DNA of 62,722 nucleotides, counting the filler, from Guillardia theta CCMP2712 (taxonomy: Eukaryota; Protista; Cryptophyta), in NCBI RefSeq assembly GCF_000315625.1. It is 3 parts of 3 records of this genome, joined end to end, with 100 filler letters (N's around TTAATTAATTAA, not from the genome) between each part and the next. Parts side by side here need not be neighbours in the genome. Positions count along the whole stretch, not along the records: positions 1 to 27,982 come from NW_005434381.1; 2 more parts are not named here. One strand, given 5' to 3'. The first letter of the stretch is position 1. The number at the start of each line of letters is the position of its first letter. The position numbers and the translations under genes are program-made. The notes beneath the pieces are model-generated. The model had not been told where the DNA came from and ran no database searches. It saw only the letters and a list, made by a program, of their open reading frames with translations. Of this stretch, positions 1 through 17,713 are shown piece after piece.

Positions 1-59
1 AGGGAGGATGGGGATCAGGTCTTGGGAGGGAGCGGAGGAGGAGGCAAGGAGGAAGAGGA

Positions 60-850
60 TCATGGTTCAGGGTCATCGGAACGGGTGGTGATCAAGTGAT
101 TTGATTGGAGGGGGTGGGGGTAGTGAATCCCTTCCCTCGTCATGTCGCTCACTTTCATGCTGTCTGCGGAGCGCAGGGGCGAGACAGGGAGAGGAGGGGA
201 GGGGAGGGGAGAGCAGAGGAGGGGAGAGCAGAGGAGAGGAGAGCAGAGGAGGGGAGAGGAGATGGCAGGACAGGACAGGACAGGGGAGACAAGATTAGAT
301 GAGACAAGGGCAAGTGTGCAAAGGATAGGAGAGGAGTATTGCAGTACAGCAGGAACTGAAACGACTTCGAGCAATCTTATTCATCTCCTCGAAGACGAAG
401 CTTCCCCTGGTGCAGCCCGAGTCTCTGACTTCTTTCACTTCCCCGCACACTGCGAGGAGGAGGAGGCTCCACACAGACACGAAAATTCCAACCAGGAGGA
501 AGGCAGCGGGAACCGTCCTGTCGTCTCTCCTCACCATCGGTGGTTTCAAACAGTTCTGATCGGCCGAGGCAACGGTGAGCATGCGGAGCATGTCGAAGAA
601 GCTCCCGACCGCCTCCCAGGGAGCGAGCAAGAGACTGTACAAGTCGGCGTGTGGATACCAGAGATGAAGTGAGTCAGGCAGGTAGCTTAAGGAGCTGACG
701 TCATGGCAGCAGGTTGAAGGAGCTGTGCGACGATCGATCGTTCCTCCCGTCATGGAGGATCTCAGCAAGAGTGCGAGAGGCTGCGGAGGAAGCGATGAAG
801 CTGAGGATGAGAGGATCGCAAGTTTGACCAGCCATTGCGTAAGGGGAACA
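60..850 (-). CDS. Hypothetical membrane protein, structure uncertain
   Basis: ORF 295..768 has a hydrophobic helix (VPAAFLLVGIFVSVWSLLLLAVC) followed by an intron-like purine microsatellite (180-310). No family recognised. Confidence 0.3.
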
Positions 851-969
851 TGAAATTTACTAGATGCGCAGACAGGCGTCTGTGCTAGTGTACATATGCA
901 TCATGTGAGGAAGGGGAGTGAAGGAGGAACTCGACCTGCTCCCTCCTCTCCTGCCATCTCAAGAACCCA

Positions 970-8387
<7,418 letters not shown>

Positions 8388-8679
8388 ATCAGACCTGCTT
8401 TTTTAAAAGATAACTGACTTGACCTGCTTTTTTAAGATGAGTGGGTGGGGTGGTAAAGCTGTGTACCCTACCTCCCAAATGGATAAATTTTAGGGTAATA
8501 TAGCCGGTATATTGGCTTCCCCGACCTCCGAAGGTACCCACCCCTCTCCTTACCACACAAAGTACACAAAATTCCGGAGATCACTTCACCGTCCGATCAG
8601 TTCCGACGCCGACTGGGCCCCCCTCAGTAGTTTGTAATTACAGGCAACACCGTGACATCGTGCTAGTGAGCGCAAAACC

Positions 8680-10250
8680 ATGCTGGGTTTTGGGCGCATG
8701 GGTTGCAGCGCAATGCGCATGAAGGTGAGAAGATGACGAGAGGAGGGAGGGAAGAAGAAGAAATAAAAGTGACAGGGGGAGGAGGAAGAGGAGGATACGT
8801 TATAAGAGGAAGAGGAACAGGAAGAGAAAGTAGAAGAGGAAGAGGTGGATGGAACGGAAATCAGGATTAAGGGTAGGAAAACAAGAGCCGTACGAGGATA
8901 CGACGATGTTAGCGGGAAAAGTGGAGGGAACAAAACTTACAAGGAACACAACTGGGGGACCCTCCCAAGGAACGCCGTTCTTCCAGTAGTCGTAGATGGA
9001 GTGATAATTGATGGCGAAGCATGTAGAAGTAGAAAAGTCTGGTCGAATCAACCAAGTGTGTCAGGGGAGTCAGCGTGGAGAAGATGCTAGACAGTGGAAC
9101 CAGGTACACGTATGAATGCAGTTTGAAGGAGTTGTTGAATCATTGTCCTGAGAACGCATTGATGAATCGATGTAGAGCATGCACTTGCATTGCAATAATC
9201 CTGATGACCAGACCCGGCTATTTGGACACCGTTCCTTCTCAGAAGCGAACCGAGCCCTGAGGGATAGACGATCTTTGATCCTCGCCTCCAAACTTCCGAG
9301 GTAGGACAAAGAATGAGAGCGTCCTTGTCTCTCACAGGCTGATGCAGTGCTGAACAACGTGTGAGCAAGGACGAACTGAGGAAAATGTGTCAGACGCTGA
9401 GCCTCCCGGTCACGGGTGATATATATGCTCTTGGTGACGTAGGTTTGATAGGAGTGCAGGGAACAAACAGGAGCTGGTGGACAGAATCAGGAACAAGGAC
9501 GTGGAGCTTGCTGCGGCGATCGATGCCTTGGAAAAGATGCCGAAGCAAGCGAGAAAGCGCCCGGCGAGGGAGGAGCGGGCTCTGAATGAGAGCGTACAAG
9601 GAGCGGAGCTTTCAGACTCGAAGCGAGCGATCGGGCGGGTAGTGAACCAATTCTACGATGCGCTTGAGGCTGGGGACATCAAGGCCATGATGAGATTATG
9701 GCGCAATGCAGACTACGTGAAGTACAGCCACGAGTCCAATAGGCTCGTGATGGGATACGATAAACTGCATGAGTTCTGGTTGACGGTGTTCGCTCACGTG
9801 GGCTGACTTGGTGGGCCGTGCATGCCTAACTGATGCTTGCAGAAACCTGACTGGCTCGACAAGTTTTCAGTGCAGGACATTCGGATAGGTGAGAAGAGGA
9901 GGAGATGACGAGTTTTAATTCATGATTGGCAGTGAGCAGCCAAGACTTTGGTTGGGTGACCTGTCTTGTGCGGTATGACAACGGATCAGGCAATGCATTC
10001 CTCTTTGCCATCATCCCCTCCCTCTTCATTCGTTTCATCCTTTTTGATTCCTTTGCGTTGCCTCCTCCAGTCAGCTGACTCGATCGCTACAGAGCTGGTT
10101 GACCTGCAAGCTCTGCATGTGGTGCGCAAGTACATGGTCGGTTATGTTTGAATGTGAGGGCTGTCACTGACGCTCTTCACCGAAGGATTCCCAGGAATGG
10201 CTGATAGAGAGCAGCGTCAACTACCGGCTAGCGATAGACAGAGTTAGGTG
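8680..10250 (+). CDS. SAP domain + SnoaL/NTF2-like domain protein (multi-exon)
   Basis: SAP: VSKDELRKMCQTLSLP|GNKQELVDRI. SnoaL-like: VVNQFYDALEAGDIKAMMRLW..MGYDKLHEFW..GWVTC. Probable end WLIESSVNYRLAIDRVR*. 5' exons are uncertain. Confidence 0.65.
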
Positions 10251-10299
10251 AACTCGGATGACGCAGTGAGACAGAGCGTTACAGCGGCGTGCTCCTACC

Positions 10300-10820
10300 C
10301 AGTAGCCTAAGCTGCCAGTGTAGTAATTCGACCGGTCACTGGGAAAAGCGATCGATGATCACCGCATTCAACACCGCCGATCCTCCGGCAGGCCCGGCAG
10401 TAGGGCCTCGCCGCTCTTAGTGAGCCTCCACTGATCATCAGATCCGAGCCTCGGACTCGGAGGCGGCCCGAGCGGACTCGTACTCCGCCGGAGAGGCTAC
10501 CCGGTAGTAGGCTGAGGCCCCGGCGGCCCGGATCATCCCGAGTCCCGCCGCCGCCGACTCGGACTCCCGGGGGAGCCTCAGGCCTCCGAGGAGTCCGAGC
10601 CTGAGGGCACACGGCGCGTCCGGCCGCTGTGCGGGCCGGCCTGGGGCCCAGGTCCGAGGCAGAGGCAAGTTGTCGTCACACGCCGGGCCCAGGTCAGACT
10701 CAGTCACGGTAACACGCCGGGCCCGCCCCATGACTCCGAGGCTGGCTCGGATCCGGGCCGGCGTGATTCGAGGGCCCGGCAGCACTGATCGGATCGGACT
10801 CAGTGACTGTTGCCATGGGT
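10300..10820. repeat. GC-rich low-complexity island (CCGG/GGCC/GACTC/CAGT motifs)
   Basis: Scrambled short palindromic motifs with no credible ORF. Similar islands at ~21130-21620, 24470-24805 and 50810-51250. Confidence 0.55.
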
Positions 10821-11107
10821 TATACCAGGGGGTCATATTCCTGGTTACAGCAGGGGTAGGTGGGGTTTGCTGTGTTTCACTAGAGATGGAGAATAGGACT
10901 TGAGGGCTTAGCAGAGGCCCTAGCGAAGGCTGACAAAGGAAAGGAGCCTGTGCAAGAGAGGAAGAGGACGGGGGGGGGGGGGGGGGGGGGTGGGGGGGGG
11001 CCGGGTCNNNNNNNNNNNNNNNNNNNNNNNNNNNNNNNNNNNNNNNNNNNNNNNNNNNNNNNNNNNNNNNNNNNNNNNNNNNNNNNNNNNNNNNNNNNNN
11101 NNNNNNN

Positions 11108-11967
11108 TCGACTGATCGTTTTCTCCTCATGGTTCAGTTACTATTACGTAATCAACCAACTCAAATAGTTTCATGGCGTGACACGAGTCTGCAGGTTCTC
11201 ATGATATGTATAAATGTATTTGCTATTGTATACAGCTTCTACAAGTACGACGAGGCTCCACACATCGTGTGGTTTCTGGTTGGGGACGTTGCAACCTGAC
11301 ATCTTGTGACGTCATGTGTTGCAGTTGTTGGAGGTTTTCATAACAGTTGCGCTATTGGTGGAGGTCATGATTCGGGTGAGCAAGTGATGCAAATAGGAGG
11401 ATGGTGTTGATGCCTTCCTTTTCTTTTTCAGGCCTTCGCTGAAGGATTTTGGAATTTCTGCTCAAATCGTTCCAACGTATTCGATGCGGTATTCGGAACG
11501 TCTTTGCCCCAGGAATTTAAATTGGCGTGTACAGGTTCTTGCTGTGATGTGTGTCGGAGCGCTCTTTGCGTTTGTTTATAGGCCGGTATGGAATTTTCAC
11601 AAGTGCGATGTTTTGAAACAGTTAGCCAGGCAATCTCAGAGACCTTGGAAGAAGATTTGGCCCTTCTCATGTATCCGTGTGTTTCCATTGCTCTTGTGCT
11701 GACTCTCTGCCGCCCAGCCGTGTGATAAGGGACATTGTAATTTTGGGGGGGGGGGGGAGGAGGAGGAGGACGAGGAGGAGGAGGAGGAGGAGGAGAGAAT
11801 GAAGGGAGCAAAGAAAGGTAGACAGTGAACAGTGGATGAGATGCTAGCGCCACAATGACGCGATCCTCCCTCATTCCTACTCACAACTCTGATCTGTTCT
11901 CGAGTTTTCTGAGTCAGGAAATGTTCGAATGGTTTTCAAGGATGAGAGGATAAAACGCCCACTATGA
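11108..11967 (+). CDS. Ion-transport/voltage-sensor-like membrane protein (5' end in gap; micro-exons)
   Basis: Manual GT-AG splicing gives RLIVFSSWFSYYY|VLMICINVFAIVYSFYKYDEAPHIVWFL|LLEVFITVALLVEVMIR|AFAEGFWNFCSNRSNVFDA|VLAVMCVGALFAFVYRP|AISETLEEDLALL. This has an S2 E..E..R pattern and an S3 N-x-FD motif. The 3' end is uncertain. Confidence 0.65.
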
Positions 11968-12022
11968 CCTGAACGTTCATCGCAGTGTATGAATTAACTA
12001 CCCGAGGAGAGATTCATCGATC

Positions 12023-12845
12023 ATGTCGGTTGCTGAGGCTGCATCACTTCAAGTGCAAGGCGCGTCGTCTGGAGCGGATGCCTCGTCTTCCAAGGAGGAC
12101 GTTGTTGTCAAGGTAGATAATCTCAGACATCAACTCCTCCTGATGCTGATGTGGAGGTTGGAATGGTTGGAGATGCCCAAATCGGCAAGACGAGTTTGAT
12201 GGTGAAATATGTAGAGGGTTCGTTTGATGAAGATTATATTCAAACATTAGGTCAGTTGTTATAAATCGACCATTGCTTGTGATGTCTGTGCAGGTGTAAA
12301 TTTCATGGAGAAGACAGTGAGCATTCGGAACGCGAACATAACATTCTCTATCTGGGATCTGGGAGGGCAGAAAGAGTTCATCAACATGCTGCCATTGGTG
12401 TGTAATGACGCTGCTGCCATCCTCTTCATGTTCGATCTATCGCGCGTTGGAACACTCAAGTCAGTCAAGGAATGGTACAGACAGGCGAGAGGATTCAACA
12501 AGACAGCTGTCGCTATCCTCGTCGGAACCAAGTATGACATCTTCGCCTCCTACACCCCCGAAGAGCAAGCAGGTGCATGGATGTAGATTCACTCGAGTCT
12601 CCCTCACATGCGCATACAAGACATCACGAAGCAGGCGAGACGCTACGCCAAGGCCATGAAGGCTCCTCTCATTTTCTCGTCGGCATCGCACTCCATCAAC
12701 GTGCAGAAGCTGTTCAAGATTCTTCTCTCGCGAGTGTTCGACCTCAAGGTCAGCGTCGTCTGCTCTTGTTCTTGCTCTCCTGAATTGCTTTCAGTGTAAC
12801 ATCCCTAAGATCGTCAACGATGGAGAGCCCATTCTCGAGTACTGA
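12023..12845 (+). CDS. SPG1: Septum-promoting GTP-binding protein Spg1/Tem1 (Ras-like GTPase), 5 exons
   Basis: [99 protein letters not shown]. Confidence 0.95.
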
Positions 12846-13038
12846 GGGAGCTGAGAGCTGGTTGTTTGCGAGGAGACGCCTCTCCTGTGCGGGTGAATGT
12901 AGAAATAGTGAAAGTGTGCAGCAGTGATACAGATTAAACTCGAAATCTTTGATAGGGGTAATGTGCGAGCATGGACTTCCATTGCTTGCCGTGCCGAGGG
13001 AGCGAGTACGGATCAGGTCTGCACAGCGTCAACGAACA

Positions 13039-15259
13039 TCAGGAAGCGAGAGGAACGTACAGATCAGCTGGGTTGTACTGCCCTGGCCCGGGTATCGAAG
13101 GATCAATTGCGAGGTAAGAATCTCGCTTCAATTTGCCTGCCGGCCTGTCACAAAGGCACTCGAGCATGCGACTGAGGTACCAGGCATGTAGCGCCACCCT
13201 CCCGAGCTCGCGAACGTCTTCACGTTGTACTCTCCTGACGCTCAAGGTGAGGGACGGCCGAGGGTCTCGCAACTTGCCTGGCCCTGGCAACTGGTCGGCC
13301 TCGTGGAGGGGGACGTGACCCACGCCCGACGACAAGTTGACGCCCGTTGCGCGAGTTGGGGAGAAGATTCCGTAGGAGCCTGCGGAGGAGGATGACTCGG
13401 GCAGCACGGGAAGCACGCAGAGCACCAGGGCCAGGAGATCGACTGCTCTTCTTCGATCGGCTGTCGGCGCGCGGGAACGAAAAGAAACGTCGTGCATGCC
13501 CAGCTCGAGTCCTGTAGGATCCTGGGCCTGGAGTGGCGCCAGAACGCGCTTGGTTGGCATGCATCGACGCTCGTCCGATGCTGCGACCTGTCACGAGCAG
13601 CCGGGGGGGGGGGAGGAGGAGAGGCTTCACCTGACTCCCGCCTGCGTCCTCGACCAGGAGGGCTGGTGGGTGGTGCAGTAGTCGAGAGGCCCAGGCATGG
13701 AAGAGGAGCGTCGCAGCTCAGCGTCAAGGTAGAACGAGCGAGGAAGGAGAGGCCTTTGCTGCGCCTTCTTCTTTTCCTCCTCCTCCTCCTCCTCCTCCTC
13801 TTCCTCGTCTTGCCCGTACGCCCCCGGACCAGGCACGTTCGGCTCCACGTTGCTGAGCCGTCCCCGTCTAGCTTTGCCGAACTTGCTTCCCACCGAGCGA
13901 GAGAGATTGACGGTCTCGGGCTGATACTCGCCGGGCCCCGGCATCTCCTCCTGCCTCGTCCTTCACGTCTTCCCTCCACAACAAGGCAGCACCTGCTGCG
14001 ATGCTCCAGCGAACCTCTTGGATCCTCCGAACGACCACAGACCCTGCTCCAGGATGAGGAAGGAGCAGCTGAGGAGGAGGCAGGGGGAGGAAGAGAAGAC
14101 AGGGTGAGGAGGAGGGGGCAGTGGAAGGAGGAGCTGAGGAGGAGGAGGAGGAGGAGGAGGAGGAAGCTAGCAGCACTGACCTTGCTAGATGACTGAAGTC
14201 TCGTCACGTCGTACTGGCCGACTCCAGGCGTGTCCTGTCAGGCGATGAGAGCACGCGGGGGCTGATGCTTCACTCGCTCACCGAGGAGGAGACGCCAAAC
14301 GTCCGCCGCTCAGATCCGAACTTGAACCCCCCGGTCAAGCGAAGGAGAGGAGGGGGAGAGTATCTCCCGACTCCTGGCACCTGCAGGGACGTCAGGGCAG
14401 GACTGGGGTAGAGCTCGACTGACGTCCTTGGATAGAGCGAGAATCTCTTCTATGTGCCCTCCCCTCTTTACTCCCTTCCTTCTCCTTCCCGTCTGTCTCG
14501 GCAGGGAGTCTGTAAACCCGTCACAAGCTGTCAACTCGCCTGCAGCCGCTTGCCTGACGTCCCCTCCTCTGCCTGTCGCTGCTCTGCCTGGCACTGCCGT
14601 GAGCTTGACTCTCCCCCTCCCCCCTCACCTCCTTGAGCTTCATCTCAGGGACTCGCGACGCCTTCGGCCTGCTTGCCTGCTCGGCTGCATCCTGTATCAT
14701 GCGTCAAGCCTGCGCCTTCATGCTGGCACCTCACCTGCAGTGACAACCCAAGCTCATGGGCGTCAATCCCCTGCCAGCACATCATGAGCCTCCTCCTCCT
14801 CCTCCTCCTCCTCCTCCTTCAAGCCCTTGCCTGCTGCACTGTGATGATGGAGAACCCCACGGCAGTGCTACGCGATGAAGTCGTAGGTCTGAGTCGAGGG
14901 GGTGTGAGCGACTCCAGGAGGAGAGGACAGTGAGACTACCTGGACATGCTGGTGCGAGGACGAGTCGAGATTGTTCGCTCCTCTGCCGACCCTCAGCCTC
15001 CTGCACTCACTTCGCACACGCGCGAACCTGGACTGGGAGCAGCTTGACTGCTGCAGAAGGCGATCAGAAAGTCTCTTATCCTCGAGTGAACATCCCACCT
15101 GCCCTGCTCCGACGTGGGCGAAGAGTTCGCCTCCTGCTCGCTGAGTGAGCAAGACAAGCAGCTCAGGTGCCCTCACCTCGTCGATGTCAAAGAGATGGAC
15201 CAGGATGTCGTTGGGTAAGGACAAGGAGGAAGCAGCCCTGTGAAGAAGAAGTCACAGTA

Positions 15260-15295
<36 letters not shown>

Positions 15296-15967
15296 TGATG
15301 ATGATGACGGTGACAATCGGATGGTGGTAGATACAGTGATGGGAGCAGGGAGGGGCTAGTCTTGGGTGATGGTACTGAAGGAGGAGAGTGACGAAAGGAA
15401 GGCGCTAAGATGGGGAGCAGAAGACGCAAATGAACCTTGGAGCTGCAAGCTCGTCCTCATCAGAAAACTGCGAGGGCGAGGAGAGGAAGGGTCTCTTCCC
15501 TCTCATCCCCCCTCGGATCAGCCTCACATATCTAACAGCATCCTGCCCTTGTCGTCGATACCCGATCTTCCCATGCTCGTCAGGGCAGCAGCAGCAGGTC
15601 GTCGACTGACCTCAATGGGCGTCCCTGCCAAACCGAGGACGAGGGGGGCGATGGAGAGGGAGGAGGAGGAGACGTCTCTCCCGTCGATGGAGCAGATCAC
15701 ATCGCCTATCCTCAGCGTTCCTGTCAGCTTGTCAGCGCGAGCCGCATGTTTCTTGCCCTTACCATCTCTGTGCGCTGGGCCCTTGACCTTTAGGTTGGTT
15801 ATCACGTACCCGCCCTTGCCGTACTCGACAGTCACTCCAACCCCGCATGCAGACATGGTGACCTGCTCTCAACTTCTTCCTTGTGATTCACTCGATCCTC
15901 CTCCTCTCCTCCTCTCCTCCCCCTCCTCCTCCTCCACTGCCTCCGCCCCTCTCCCTCCCCCTGCCAT
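13039..15967 (-). CDS. SHIPPO (PGPGxY, ODF3/STPG-like) repeat protein with a probable N-terminal PDZ domain
   Basis: Exon pieces carry PGPGQY, PGPGSY, PGPLDY, PGPGAY, PGPGEY and PGVGQY. A PDZ-like exon at 15524..15856 reads GVGVTVEYGKGGYVITNL..GPAHRDG..LRIGDVICSIDG. That both parts form one gene is inferred. Confidence 0.7.
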
Positions 15968-16289
15968 GCCAAATCGACCGCCAACGGCCCGGCCCTCCTC
16001 AGAGCTATTGAGTCTGGGATCAAGCGCGGGAAATGCGTCCAGGCTGAGGCAGAGGAAGCGAACAAGAAGCAGAGAGGGAGAGGAGGAGCAAGAGAGAGAG
16101 GAGGAGCAGTAAGAGGAATAGCACCACCAGAGAGAGGAAGAGATGGGGAGGGAGAAAGAAGCAGAGAGGTTGACGGGAGAGGAGTAAGAGGAGGGATGGA
16201 GAGAGGGGTAGGCACACAGCAATCAAGGGCACAGTGTCTGTTGTAAGGAGCTTCTTGCTTACTCGAGGGGCTCGAGGATCGACCAGCGC

Positions 16290-17680
16290 ATGTTCGAGCC
16301 ACTGCTCTCGTTCTGCGATGATGCGGATCAGTGCAACTCGTCAGGGGAGCTCCTGCTGAATCAAACATTCGACGAGGAGGATGAGGAGGAGATGCTGGCG
16401 GAGAAGCCTTCCTTCTGGAACGAGTGCATGCAGGAGATCGTGGCGCTTCAACGGCGAAATGAGCGAAGCAAGCGAGAGCTGCAGGCAGAGCGAGACAAGA
16501 GCCAACTCTTGTCGAGACTCACGTGGGAGGTCTCGTCAGTCTCGCATGGCAATGCTCCATCCTTCATGGCCTACATCCGATTCTTTCAGACGTACCGCGT
16601 CGAACGCTGGGTCTCAAGCTACGCGTTCTCGCGATGGAAGGAGAAGAGCAGGCGCGCGAGAGTCTCGGAGAAGGCGGACATGAATGTGGTTCTTTGCATG
16701 CTGGACAGGAGGAGGAGGCAAGGCATCGCCAGGCTCTGCTTGCAGGCTTGGCACTGCATGGCGCGAGTGCGACGTCTGAGATGGGTCGTGGTGGGGAGTG
16801 GGAGGAGGAGGAGGAGCGTTCAGATCAGAGCGCGTTGCCTTGAGCGATGGCGCCGAGCTCTGCGTCTTCAACAGCTTCTGTGGAGCTTGACAGACAAGCA
16901 GCAGGCACGGAGCAGGCGGCAGACCCTCCGCCTCTGGACTCGCTGGCTCCGGTTTCACTCCCTCCTATGCAGCACCATGGCACGCATGAGCAGACTCGCC
17001 TGGTCCTCCTGGCGGCGACGTCAGCTCCTCGACCTGTACCGATCGTTCCGTGAGCAGCAGGGTGATGTGACCGCCCGGCCCACTTCCTCCCATGCTCCTC
17101 GTCATGCGATCTTCACAGCTGATGGGGATATCGACATTCTGCTGCACGCTCACAAGAACTCAAGAGAAGACGAACATGAACAGAAAATCTACGAGAGGAA
17201 GGAGGGGACTAGAGACAGGCAGAGGGAGAGGAGTAGAGAAAGGGAGAGGGAGGAGAGGAGTAGAGAAAGGGAGAGGGAGGAGAGGAGTAGAGAAAGGGAG
17301 AGGGAGGAGAGGAGTAGAGAAAGGGAGAGGGAGGAGAGGAGAAGAGAAAGGGAGAGGGAGGAGAGGAGTAGAGAAAGGGAGAGGACAGAGGAGAGCAGGG
17401 AGAGCGCAAGGGGCTGGGACTCGTATCTCTCTGCTCCCTTGTCAAGCTCCCACGTAGAGCAGAAGGACCTCTCATCTCTGCACATGCTTGTGGAGTCAAC
17501 ACTGACGGTAAATGACTCTTCTCCCCCTCCCCTCTGACTCAGATGCAGCGCTACGACATAGTGCGGGGAGGTGCGATCATCATGACGACCTCACTGGCAG
17601 AGACAGCTCCCAACTCAGCAAGGCTCGCATCGTTGCTGGACAGGATGGAGGCGAGCAGAAGTGCGGAGGTCTCGTTCTAG
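16290..17680 (+). CDS. Sfi1-like Trp/Arg-rich helical repeat protein (putative centrin-binding)
   Basis: Periodic motifs AFSRWKE, CLQAWHC, CLERWRR, TLRLWTRW and AWSSWRR, with an N-terminal coiled coil and an RE-rich repeat. Confidence 0.55.
17220..17385 (+). repeat. 24-bp tandem repeat (GAGAGGAGTAGAGAAAGGGAGAGG-type) encoding ERSRERER
   Basis: About 6-7 copies seen directly. Confidence 0.85.
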
Positions 17681-17713
17681 CGCGAGGGTTTACTTGTTAG
17701 CTCTACGTCGTGC

